Below are positions 31,564-40,611 of a DNA stretch of 64,000 nucleotides, in pieces. This DNA comes from Minisyncoccota bacterium. Its GTDB lineage: Bacteria; Patescibacteriota; Minisyncoccia; JAHISW01; Tagabacteraceae. The translations under genes and the position numbers were made by a program. The notes below the pieces were generated by a model. It saw only the letters and a list, made by a program, of their open reading frames with translations, was not told the DNA's origin and did no database searches. Position 1 is the first letter of the stretch, and each line of letters begins with the position of its first letter. The DNA lies in the NCBI GenBank assembly GCA_028711505.1, contig JAQTSC010000002.1, positions 11,936 through 75,935 of the forward strand. Reading direction: 5' to 3'.

Positions 31564-33486
31564 TTAAAAAGGAAGTATTTCTTTCCAATTAGGAAGCGGC
31601 CATTTTACTTCCACTGTGCTTAAAAGCGTGCATGATTTTCCGTTTGAATCGGTGATTCTTAAGGAGACTTGTTTTGAGCCTTGGCTTAAAAATGTTGTCA
31701 TCGGGCTTTGTTCTACCGAAGTTCCGGGGGAACCGTCTTGGAATTCCCATACGCGTTCAGTGGTGGAAGCTCCTTCGGTGACCGTTGAACTGTCCGTGAA
31801 TTGAACGACATCGTCTTCGTTGGGCTTGAAAGGAAGCCATGTGTAGACAACGGTCGGGTATTCGACGTAATCCGTGGTAAAAGGAGTTCCGACAATCCAA
31901 TCAGAATGGCCGTTATCGTCATTGTAGACTTTGACGCGCCAATTATACGTTTCTCCGTAGACGAGTTTGTCTGATTCGGGGACATCAATGACGAGAACCT
32001 GCTGTGTATTTATCGTGGGGCTTGGATATGAAAGTCCCGATTGGTTTCTGTCCACTTCAGGCGATAGAAAATCGCTGTTGTTGTCTACCTGCATTTGGAA
32101 TCTTGATTCCGCTTTTTCAAGAGGGTCGGAATACGTCCACGAGAAGGTATGGCGGGCTATATTGCAATATGTGTCAGGACCCGGTTCTGATACAGAGAGG
32201 TCAGTAGCTTCCGGATCTCCGCTTGGAGGCACAAAAGAAGTATTAACCTGATATCCCGAGCCGTTGAAATTCACCCATCCGACGACATCTCCTCCCCATG
32301 CCCAGCCTGACCAATTTCCCGAAGTGTCCATAGTGGCGCCGTAGGCGCCGGGATTCTCTCCTTCATCATATGCCGCAGCCGACGGAGTAAAATTTGAAGT
32401 CCAGCGGGCGATGTCTTTGGAAATTCTAAGTTCGTCAATATAACCATTCACTCCCATATCTCCATTCCAATGCGCTCCGACTCTTAAATCATAATTGCCC
32501 GCGTTTATATTAGTTATAGAAGCATCGGTATAATCAGCGCCCAGCTGAACGCCGTTTACATACATGCGAATCTTTGTTCCGTTTCTCACAAGCGCCAAAT
32601 GATACCAAGTGTGAAGCTGCGCGCTGGTCCAATCTCTCGACATTAAAATTACACTTCCGCTTTTATCGTAAGTGAAGTATAGCGTTCCGTCAGCGTGCCT
32701 CCATAAATTCCAGCCATCCGTGTCTGCCGTTCCCCTGCCTCCTCTTCCGACAAAATTTTGATGAGTATTTATTGAATTTAGATACACCCAAAAATCAACG
32801 GTAAAGTCTCCGCTAAAATCCCAATCGGAACTGTTGGGAGTAGAAAGATAATCTCCGCTGCCGTCAAAAGCGGCGCTGTATCCTCCGAATTTGCTCTGGC
32901 TGGAACTTCTCGCGACATTTCCGTTTGGCGTCATCACATGGGTGAAGGCCGAACTATTCGTCAACCCCATATCATCCATATGCAAAAGCAATTTCGCATA
33001 GCTGTCATTACCTCCAATGCCTCCGCCTCCTGCGGAAGGGTCTCTTAAACTAATCCATCCGTCCCAGCCTCCGCCGTAAGAAAGAGCTCTCGCCCAGCCT
33101 TCTATGGAAAGATTCTCATCTCCTATATCGGCCGGAGAATCAACTCTGGCATCGCAAACGCCCGATGGACAGCCTGAGAGATCAGCCGCGTTAAAAGTTA
33201 TCCATCCGATATTTTCGGACCAGGCAAAACCGGAAAAAATACCAGTGTCCAAATTAAGATTCACTCCGTAGCTGGAGGTTCCGCCTCCGGTCAAATTGTT
33301 AAAACTTATCCATCCGATATTTTCGGACCAGGCGAAACCGGTGGTATTTTGCGCGCTTCCGGCTTCTGCAGGCTCCCAATTCCGCAAAAACATCACGGCG
33401 GAAAAAATAAAAACAACGGAGATTAAAACATTTATTAAAAAACCTAATTTTTCGGATGCCGATTTTTTTATTATGGAAAGATTCAT
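31564..33486 (-). CDS. secreted modular surface protein: Trp-rich repeats, LamG, FN3-like, PKD
   Basis: signal/TM; GFAWSENIGWI repeats; DFTVDFWVY...WYHLALVR...GYIDELRIS; VQFTDSS...WEFQDG. Confidence 0.85.
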   Translation of the reverse strand: MNLSIIKKSASEKLGFLINVLISVVFIFSAVMFLRNWEPAEAGSAQNTTGFAWSENIGWISFNNLTGGGTSSYGVNLNLDTGIFSGFAWSENIGWITFNAADLSGCPSGVCDARVDSPADIGDENLSIEGWARALSYGGGWDGWISLRDPSAGGGGIGGNDSYAKLLLHMDDMGLTNSSAFTHVMTPNGNVARSSSQSKFGGYSAAFDGSGDYLSTPNSSDWDFSGDFTVDFWVYLNSINTHQNFVGRGGRGTADTDGWNLWRHADGTLYFTYDKSGSVILMSRDWTSAQLHTWYHLALVRNGTKIRMYVNGVQLGADYTDASITNINAGNYDLRVGAHWNGDMGVNGYIDELRISKDIARWTSNFTPSAAAYDEGENPGAYGATMDTSGNWSGWAWGGDVVGWVNFNGSGYQVNTSFVPPSGDPEATDLSVSEPGPDTYCNIARHTFSWTYSDPLEKAESRFQMQVDNNSDFLSPEVDRNQSGLSYPSPTINTQQVLVIDVPESDKLVYGETYNWRVKVYNDDNGHSDWIVGTPFTTDYVEYPTVVYTWLPFKPNEDDVVQFTDSSTVTEGASTTERVWEFQDGSPGTSVEQSPMTTFLSQGSKQVSLRITDSNGKSCTLLSTVEVKWPLPNWKEILPF

Positions 33487-33493
33487 TGTCTTT

Positions 33494-33537
33494 ATTTTAC
33501 GCCAGAAAACGATCAACGGCAAACCTGTTGTGGATAA
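33494..33537 (-). promoter_or_regulatory. promoter with upstream DnaA box
   Basis: TTATCCACA-6nt-TTGCCG-17nt-TAAAAT-7nt-ATG. Confidence 0.6.
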
Positions 33538-33603
33538 TAAAACATTCCGACCGCCGATAAGCGCAGCCGGAATGAAAGAATATCAAGCGTCGGTTGAATT
33601 GAT

Positions 33604-34842
33604 TTAAAAAGGAAGTATTTCTTTCCAATTAGGAAGCGGCCATTTTACTTCCACTGTGCTTAAAAGCGTGCATGATTTTCCGTTTGAATCGGTGATTCTT
33701 AAGGAGACTTGTTTTGAGCCTTGGCTTAAAAATGTTGTCATCGGGCTTTGTTCTACCGAAGTTCCGGGGGAACCGTCTTGGAATTCCCATACGCGTTCAG
33801 TGGTGGAAGCTCCTTCGGTGACCGTTGAACTGTCCGTGAATTGAACGACATCGTCTTCGTTGGGCTTGAAAGGAAGCCATGTGTAGACAACGGTCGGGTA
33901 TTCGACGTAATCCGTGGTAAAAGGAGTTCCGACAATCCAATCAGAATGGCCGTTATCGTCATTGTAGACTTTGACGCGCCAATTATACGTTTCTCCGTAG
34001 ACGAGTTTGTCTGATTCGGGGACATCAATGACGAGAACCTGCTGTGTATTTATCGTGGGGCTTGGATATGAAAGTCCCGATTGGTTTCTGTCCACTTCAG
34101 GCGATAGAAAATCGCTGTTGTTGTCTACCTGCATTTGGAATCTTGATTCCGCTTTTTCAAGAGGGTCGGAATACGTCCACGAGAAGGTATGGCGGGCGGT
34201 ATTGCAGTACGTATCGGAGCTTGGCGAGGAAACCGTAAGATCGATAGCTTTCGGATTGATATCCACCGGCACAAAAGAAGTATTAACCTGATATCCCGAG
34301 CCGTTGAAATTCACCCACCCGACGACATCTCCTCCCCATGCCCAGCCTGACCAATTTCCCGAAGTGTCCATAGTGGTGCCGTAGGCCTCTCCGCTATCTT
34401 TCAAACTAATCCATCCGTCCCAGCCTCCGCCGTAAGAAAGAGCTTTCGCCCAGCCTTCTATGGCAACTGTTTCCTTTCCTATTTTATTTGGCAAAGCGAC
34501 TCTGGCATCGCAAACGCCCGATGGACAGCCTGCGAGATCAGCCGCGTTAAAACTTATCCATCCGATATTTTCGGACCAGGCAAAACCGGAAAAAATACCG
34601 GTGTCCAAATTAAGATTCACTCCGTAATCGGAAGTGCCGCCTCCGGTCAAATTATTAAAACTTATCCATCCGATATTTTCGGACCAAGCGAAACCGGTGG
34701 TATTTTGCATATTTCCAGCGTTTACGGATTTCGAATTTAGAAGAAACATCGCTCCCGAAAAAATAATCGCAACGGAGATTAAAACATTTATTGAAAAACT
34801 AAATTTTTCGGATGCCGATTTTTTTATTATGGAAAGATTCAT
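33604..34842 (-). CDS. paralog of 31564-33486 without the LamG domain
   Basis: same architecture, 228 aa shorter. Confidence 0.85.
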   Translation of the reverse strand: MNLSIIKKSASEKFSFSINVLISVAIIFSGAMFLLNSKSVNAGNMQNTTGFAWSENIGWISFNNLTGGGTSDYGVNLNLDTGIFSGFAWSENIGWISFNAADLAGCPSGVCDARVALPNKIGKETVAIEGWAKALSYGGGWDGWISLKDSGEAYGTTMDTSGNWSGWAWGGDVVGWVNFNGSGYQVNTSFVPVDINPKAIDLTVSSPSSDTYCNTARHTFSWTYSDPLEKAESRFQMQVDNNSDFLSPEVDRNQSGLSYPSPTINTQQVLVIDVPESDKLVYGETYNWRVKVYNDDNGHSDWIVGTPFTTDYVEYPTVVYTWLPFKPNEDDVVQFTDSSTVTEGASTTERVWEFQDGSPGTSVEQSPMTTFLSQGSKQVSLRITDSNGKSCTLLSTVEVKWPLPNWKEILPF

Positions 34843-34849
34843 TGTCTTT

Positions 34850-34893
34850 ATTTTACGCCAGAAAACGGTCAACGGCAAACCTGTTGTGGATAA
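34850..34893 (-). promoter_or_regulatory. promoter with upstream DnaA box (second copy)
   Basis: same layout as 33494-33537. Confidence 0.6.
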
Positions 34894-34950
34894 TAAAAAT
34901 ACCAGTTTTTATTATTGTTTCCCGGGAAGAATCGCTATAATATTAAATAC

Positions 34951-35460
34951 ATGCAAACCGCGACGGACAACGGGCAAAAAGAAGAAAAACAGCCACAAGT
35001 TAAACTACCAATAGCATGGTCTGCCCTTGAGTACAGATACGTACCCAAAGGACCAAACTGGTTTTGGTTTTTAGGAAGCGGAACTTTGGCTTTAGTGATT
35101 ACGGCAATTTTTCTTAAAAATTTTCTTTTAGCGGTATTCGCGGTTATCGCCGCGCTGGCAATAGCCCTTCAGGGGATCAGAAAGCCTAAAAAAATCAGCA
35201 TATCAGTGGAAGAAAAAGGAGTAAGAGTAGAAAGCAAATTCTACGAATACGAGAAAATAAAATCTTTTTGGCTGGAAACGGAAAGGCCGGAGAAAAAAGA
35301 ACTGGTATTTGAATTTAAAGGAAAAATGGTTAGATATATAAAAGTACCCTTGGGAAACGCCAACCCGGCAGACCTTAAATCCGCTTTAATAAAATTACTG
35401 CAGGAAAAAAAATACGAACAGCCTTTTTTGGAAACAATCACGGATATCTTAGGGTTGTAA
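34951..35460 (+). CDS. hypothetical two-TM protein
   Basis: W.ALEY...KGPNWF; two TM helices; IKSFW. Confidence 0.7.
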   Translation: MQTATDNGQKEEKQPQVKLPIAWSALEYRYVPKGPNWFWFLGSGTLALVITAIFLKNFLLAVFAVIAALAIALQGIRKPKKISISVEEKGVRVESKFYEYEKIKSFWLETERPEKKELVFEFKGKMVRYIKVPLGNANPADLKSALIKLLQEKKYEQPFLETITDILGL

Positions 35461-35500
35461 TATGCCTAATTAAAATTACGGACAGGGCATTTTATAAAAT

Positions 35501-35572
35501 GCGCCCATAGCTCAACGGATAGAGCGCAAGCTTGCGGAGCTTGAAATCGAGGTTCGATTCCTCGTGGGCGCA
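35501..35572 (+). tRNA. tRNA-Arg(GCG)
   Basis: GCGCCCA/TGGGCGC stem; CAAGC-TTGCGGA-GCTTG anticodon arm. Confidence 0.93.
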
Positions 35573-35574
35573 AA

Positions 35575-36693
35575 ATGAAACCGAAAATTCTTATTTTTTC
35601 TCTGGCCTATTCTCCTCTTTGGGGCGGAGCTGAAATTGCCGTCAAAGAAATTACTGACCGGATTGCGGATGCGGAATTTTTTATGATTACCAAAAAATTC
35701 AACACCGGAGACGAAAAAAAAGAGCGAATCGGAAACATAAATATTTTTAGAATAAATTCTTCAAAACTTCTCTTCCCTTTTAAAGCATATCTTGCCGCAA
35801 GAAAACTTCACAAAAAAGAAAATTTTTCCGCCGTATGGTCCATCATGGCAAACCGCGCCGGCTTTGCCGCGCTCTTTTTCAAATTCAATTTTCGCGAGAT
35901 AAAATTTCTTCTTACGTTGCAGGAAGGAGACCCCGCTGAATACATAAAAAAACGCGCGGGCTTTCTCTGGATTATCATAAAGCCGCTTTTTAAAAAGATT
36001 TTTACCGAAGCGGATTACATACAAGCCATAAGCCGATACCTGGCCGATTGGGCGGAAAAAATGAATGCAAAATGTCCGATTGAAATCGTCCCGAACGGAG
36101 TCGACCTTTCAAAGGCTAAACCGAAAGCAGAGAAGCGAAAAGCGGACGAAACAATAATTATCACCACTTCCCGGCTGGTGCCGAAAAATGGCATCGCCGA
36201 TTTAATTGATGCCGCAAAGATTTTAACTGAAGAAGAATGTAAGATTGAACTCCAGATTTTGGGCGACGGTCCCGAAAAAAAAGCTTGCGAATTGAGGATT
36301 GCGAATTACGGGTTGCGAGACAAGATAAATTTATTAGGGCATGTCCCGCAGGAACAGATACCTGAATATCTGGCAGCCGCCGATATTTTTTGCCGGCCTT
36401 CTCTTTCCGAAGGGCTTGGCAATTCTTTTCTTGAAGCAATGGCGGCGGGACTTCCGGTTGTAGGGACTCCGGTGGGCGGAATACCGGATTTCATCAGCGA
36501 CGGAGAAACGGGACTTTTTGCCGAACCAGGCAATCCAAAAAGCATCGCCGAAAAAATAAAGATACTAATCAATGACCCTGCCTTAACTCAAAAACTTTCA
36601 GAAAACGGAAAAAAGCTTGTTTTTGAAAAATACGGGTGGAACGGAATTTCTCAAAAAATGTCAAAAATTTTATGGAACTTAATTCACTCCTGA
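35575..36693 (+). CDS. glycosyltransferase family 4
   Basis: GGAE; VPNGVD; EGLGNSFLEAMAAG. Confidence 0.93.
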   Translation: MKPKILIFSLAYSPLWGGAEIAVKEITDRIADAEFFMITKKFNTGDEKKERIGNINIFRINSSKLLFPFKAYLAARKLHKKENFSAVWSIMANRAGFAALFFKFNFREIKFLLTLQEGDPAEYIKKRAGFLWIIIKPLFKKIFTEADYIQAISRYLADWAEKMNAKCPIEIVPNGVDLSKAKPKAEKRKADETIIITTSRLVPKNGIADLIDAAKILTEEECKIELQILGDGPEKKACELRIANYGLRDKINLLGHVPQEQIPEYLAAADIFCRPSLSEGLGNSFLEAMAAGLPVVGTPVGGIPDFISDGETGLFAEPGNPKSIAEKIKILINDPALTQKLSENGKKLVFEKYGWNGISQKMSKILWNLIHS

Positions 36694-38861
36694 CAGAACA
36701 CTTTCGTCTCACCGAATACCAAAAAAAGGCGCTGAAAAAACTCGGGATAAAAACCGCGAAAGAACTGCTTTGGCACTTCCCTTCAAGATACGAAGAGATG
36801 GGGGAGAAAAAAACAATCGCGGATCTTGAAGAAGGAGTCCGCGCCACCATAATCGGCAGAATTTCCAAAATAGATTTTGAAAAAACGTGGAAAAAGAAGA
36901 TAAACATAGCCCACGCGTCTCTTGATGACGGCACGGGAATGGTAAAGCTTGTCTGGTTCCACCAACCGTTTGTGGCGAATCTCTTAAAAGAAGGCGACAG
37001 TGTGCAAATAAGCGGAAAGGTCCAAAAAAACGAGAAGGCCATGCCTGACGGCAGGCAGGGTTTTTATTTCGCCAATCCTGAATACGAAAAAGCGGAAAAC
37101 AACCAGACCTCTTTTGACGCCAAAAACGGCAAAGCCGGGCTTTTGGCGATTTATCCCGAAACAAGAGGTCTTTCTTCAAAATGGTTCCGGATAAAAATTC
37201 AAACCGCGTTAAAAAAAATAGACATAAAAAGTCTACCCGATCCTCTTGAGAAAGAAATCCTTAACAAATATCATCTTCCTTCCTTAAAAGACGCCCTTGT
37301 TTACATTCACACCCCGAAAGACAGAAAAAACGCCGAAGCCGCCAGAAAAAGATTTTCCTTTGAAGAAATTTTCTTTATACAAATATCCAGACAGCAAAAA
37401 AGGAAATTGTGCGAAAAACTCCCGTCATTTGAGGCAAAAGCCGGGAAAAACGAAACAGACTCTTTTGTAAAAAATTTTTCTTTTCCTCTCACAAAATCCC
37501 AGCAAAAAGCCGCGGAAAACATCATTAATGATTTCAAAAAAGGAACGCCCATGGCGCGTCTGCTCGAGGGAGACGTCGGCTCGGGAAAAACTGCCGTCGC
37601 AGCGATAGCAACCTACATAATATTTAAAAACAAACTTCAAACCGCCTACATGGCGCCGACGGAAATTCTGGCGCGCCAGATTTTTGAATCGTTTATAAAA
37701 TATTTCTCAAACACGGGAGCGAAAATAGGGCTCCTGACTTCGTCGGACTGCAGGAAGTTCCCTTCAAAAATACAAACGGAAACTTCGGCAAAAATACCGA
37801 AATCAAAAATGTTCAAATGGATTTCCGAAGGAGAACTGGACATTATCATAGGAACTCACTCGCTTATCCAGGACAAGGTGAAATTTTCGATTCTGGAGAA
37901 AGAAATCTACAAAGATAAAAAGCTTGCCCTGGTAATAATAGACGAGCAGCACCGCTTCGGCACAAACCAGCGCGCCGCTTTGATAAACAAAAAAAACGAA
38001 AGCGACAAAAACAGAATTCCTCATTTTCTCTCAATGACAGCCACCCCTATTCCCCGCACATTAGCGCTCACTGTTTATGGCGACCTTGATTTAACGCTCT
38101 TGGACGAAATGCCTCCCGGCAGAAAAAAAATAGAAACGGAAATAGTCGCGCCAAACGAAAGAGAAAACGCTTATGAAAAAATCCGGGAAGAAATTAAAAA
38201 GGGGCGGCAGGCGTATGTCATATGCCCGAGGATAGAACCTTCCGAAGAAAAAACGGCAAGCCTCATTTCGCTGAATATGAGGGCGGTAAAAGACGAATAC
38301 GAAAAACTTTCCGAAAAAATTTTCCCGGAATTCATAGTGGGCATGCTCCATGGAAAAATGCAGCCCAAAGAAAAAGAAGAGGTCATGGAAGCTTTTGAGA
38401 AAGGAGAAATAAATATTCTAGTGGCGACGTCGGTAATAGAAGTCGGAGTAAACGTGCCGAACGCCACGGTAATAATAATAGAAGGCGCGGAACGTTTTGG
38501 CTTAGCTCAGCTTCACCAATTGCGAGGGCGCGTCCTAAGAAGCACCTACCAACCCTACTGTTTTGTCTTCACGGAATCGGGAACGCAAAAAACTTTGGCG
38601 CGGCTTAAGGCGCTTAAAACCGCGAAAAACGGATTTGAACTGGCGGAATATGATTTGGAATTCCGAGGTCCGGGAGAATTATCGGGCAAAAAACAATGGG
38701 GTATTTCCGATGTCGGAATGGAAGCGCTCAAAAATATAAAAATGGTAGAGGCGGCGAGGGAGGAAGCAAAAAATTTATTATCCAGCGACTCCGACCTAAA
38801 AAAATGCCCGCTCATTAAAGAGCGGCTTGAACAAGAAAATCTCAATATACATTTTGAATAA
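36672..38861 (+). CDS. recG: ATP-dependent DNA helicase RecG
   Basis: GDVGSGKT; DEQHRFG; MTATPIPRT; QLHQLRGRV. Confidence 0.97.
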   Translation: MELNSLLTEHFRLTEYQKKALKKLGIKTAKELLWHFPSRYEEMGEKKTIADLEEGVRATIIGRISKIDFEKTWKKKINIAHASLDDGTGMVKLVWFHQPFVANLLKEGDSVQISGKVQKNEKAMPDGRQGFYFANPEYEKAENNQTSFDAKNGKAGLLAIYPETRGLSSKWFRIKIQTALKKIDIKSLPDPLEKEILNKYHLPSLKDALVYIHTPKDRKNAEAARKRFSFEEIFFIQISRQQKRKLCEKLPSFEAKAGKNETDSFVKNFSFPLTKSQQKAAENIINDFKKGTPMARLLEGDVGSGKTAVAAIATYIIFKNKLQTAYMAPTEILARQIFESFIKYFSNTGAKIGLLTSSDCRKFPSKIQTETSAKIPKSKMFKWISEGELDIIIGTHSLIQDKVKFSILEKEIYKDKKLALVIIDEQHRFGTNQRAALINKKNESDKNRIPHFLSMTATPIPRTLALTVYGDLDLTLLDEMPPGRKKIETEIVAPNERENAYEKIREEIKKGRQAYVICPRIEPSEEKTASLISLNMRAVKDEYEKLSEKIFPEFIVGMLHGKMQPKEKEEVMEAFEKGEINILVATSVIEVGVNVPNATVIIIEGAERFGLAQLHQLRGRVLRSTYQPYCFVFTESGTQKTLARLKALKTAKNGFELAEYDLEFRGPGELSGKKQWGISDVGMEALKNIKMVEAAREEAKNLLSSDSDLKKCPLIKERLEQENLNIHFE

Positions 38862-38877
38862 TCCGATAGAAAGGACC

Positions 38878-40422
38878 TTACTTCCTATATTTAGGTGTTA
38901 CCCAAAAACCCATATATTTCCCTAAAAGAAGACGTGTTTGGGAATCAACTCCGGGGATCGCTCCGAAAACTATTATCGTAAAAGGGATAAGCACCCACTG
39001 AAAAAACATATAAACAACATTGTAGAATTTTTTGCCATCGGGCCGCTTTGGTAAAAGCTTGAAAGAAAGAATCGCCGAACCGACAAGCCCGAGCATAGCT
39101 ATTGTCATAAGCAATCTTGTTATGCGCGGAAGATTGTAGGAAAGAAGCATATTATTGAATTCCTGTCCGCCCAAAGCCAGAGGAAGCCACCCAAGCATAA
39201 AGATAAGCAGGGGGTTCGTGGACAAAGACCAAAAGCCTTCAATCTGCACAAACGCAAGGCGTAATTTTTGCGCAAGAGGAATTGACTTGTTTTTCAAAAA
39301 ACCGAAAAGGATATACGGTACGTTTTCAACGCCCCAGGTCCAACGCCGCTGCTGTTTGTAGACATTCAAAGACGTACGCCAAAAACTTGGAGCCAAATTG
39401 GCGTCCATTGAAACCGGATAAGAAAGAGGAACCACGCGATAATCGCCGTCATAAAACAAAAGAAAATTCCAGAAGATCCGCGAGTCCTCGGAAACCATAT
39501 TTTTCTGCCAATACCCTATTTCGTAAAGCGCCTTGAAAGGAATCGAATGAGACGAAAAAGTGGCAAGCCTTTCCGGACGTTCCTGCTGTATCATCTGCCA
39601 AAAAGTTCCGGAAGTGGCGACGACACGGGAAAGAGCCGGCGATTGCCAGATATTATTATTATAAAGAGGCACCGGCTGGTAAGAACTTTTATACGGCTTT
39701 TCAGCGGTAAGAAAATGCCAGGTCAGACATAAAAAATATTTCGGGTAAACGCGCGTGTCTATGTCAAAAGCCGATACTAAAACATCTTCGTAAGGTATAT
39801 TATTTTTGTCCAAAATTTCTTTTCTTGCTTCTTCCGCGGCAAAGGCGATATTTGAACCCTTCCCCGCCATTTCTCCCGGAATATTTTTCGGATGTTTCGT
39901 TATCAAAAAATGAGCGAATTTATCTCCGTATTTTTCAAAAATTTTTTTCGCGTTTTCCGCGGCAGTCGCGCCCGCTCTTTCTTCGCTCGCCAGAATTATT
40001 ATCATTTTTTCCTTGGGCCAGTCGGAATTCAAAATTGAAACAACCGCGTCTTCTATTACTCCGAAATCTTCTTTGTAAAAAGGCAAAAGCACCATCTGAT
40101 AAAGATGCTGCCATTTCATATTCATAAGCCGCTTATGCCAATCCGTTTCAATATTGGATTTCATCCTTTGCCAGTTAGCGCGCAGATGCAATGAAAGATA
40201 CGCGGTTTTTATCAGCCAATAGACGTCAAAAACGATTATAAAAAGCGCGACCCACACCGGCTTAAACCACGAAAGAAAGACAACGCCGATTATGGTGAAC
40301 CACATCAAAAAACCAGGAAGCATTTCCAGAATTCTGTATATTATTCTGTCGTTTCCTGAAAGTTCCGAAGCGCGGCCGATTTTAAGATACGGCCTTTTAT
40401 CCAAAACACCGGCATTCATCAT
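38878..40422 (-). CDS. membrane glycosyltransferase, family 2-like
   Basis: GKGSN; FDID; SED; QQRRW; flanking TM helices. Confidence 0.85.
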   Translation of the reverse strand: MMNAGVLDKRPYLKIGRASELSGNDRIIYRILEMLPGFLMWFTIIGVVFLSWFKPVWVALFIIVFDVYWLIKTAYLSLHLRANWQRMKSNIETDWHKRLMNMKWQHLYQMVLLPFYKEDFGVIEDAVVSILNSDWPKEKMIIILASEERAGATAAENAKKIFEKYGDKFAHFLITKHPKNIPGEMAGKGSNIAFAAEEARKEILDKNNIPYEDVLVSAFDIDTRVYPKYFLCLTWHFLTAEKPYKSSYQPVPLYNNNIWQSPALSRVVATSGTFWQMIQQERPERLATFSSHSIPFKALYEIGYWQKNMVSEDSRIFWNFLLFYDGDYRVVPLSYPVSMDANLAPSFWRTSLNVYKQQRRWTWGVENVPYILFGFLKNKSIPLAQKLRLAFVQIEGFWSLSTNPLLIFMLGWLPLALGGQEFNNMLLSYNLPRITRLLMTIAMLGLVGSAILSFKLLPKRPDGKKFYNVVYMFFQWVLIPFTIIVFGAIPGVDSQTRLLLGKYMGFWVTPKYRK

Positions 40423-40431
40423 TTTAATGTA

Positions 40432-40521
40432 TCAAAAAGCGCTGGCTTGAGGAAGATACCAGAGAACGAACGCCATAACCGCGGCTCCCAAAAGCGCGAC
40501 GAAAATAATCGATTTTTTCAT
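40432..40521 (-). CDS. 29-aa hydrophobic peptide (not in the ORF track)
   Basis: MKKSIIFVALLGAAVMAFVLWYLPQASAF; fills the gap between tRNA-Ile and the GT2 gene. Confidence 0.55.
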   Translation of the reverse strand: MKKSIIFVALLGAAVMAFVLWYLPQASAF

Positions 40522-40529
40522 AATATTTT

Positions 40530-40602
40530 TGGATGTGCCAGGACTCGAACCTGGAACCATCGAGGTATAAGCTCGAAGCTCTGCCAATTGAGCTACACAT
40601 CC
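40530..40602 (-). tRNA. tRNA-Ile(TAT)
   Basis: GGATGTG/CACATCC stem; TCGAG-CTTATAC-CTCGA arm; A73. Confidence 0.92.
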
Positions 40603-40611
40603 CCCCTTATT

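Larger units (their letters stand above)
31511..34197. repeat. 647-bp direct repeat (31511-32157 and 33551-34197), period 2040
   Basis: line-by-line identity over the 3' ends of both genes and their downstream spacer. Confidence 0.92.

Noticed and set aside
32347-33039. Prophage remnant
   Set aside because: Only one domain fused in frame; no other phage genes nearby
18930-34893. Replication origin
   Set aside because: Boxes are single and dispersed; no cluster, and no dnaA or dnaN in the window
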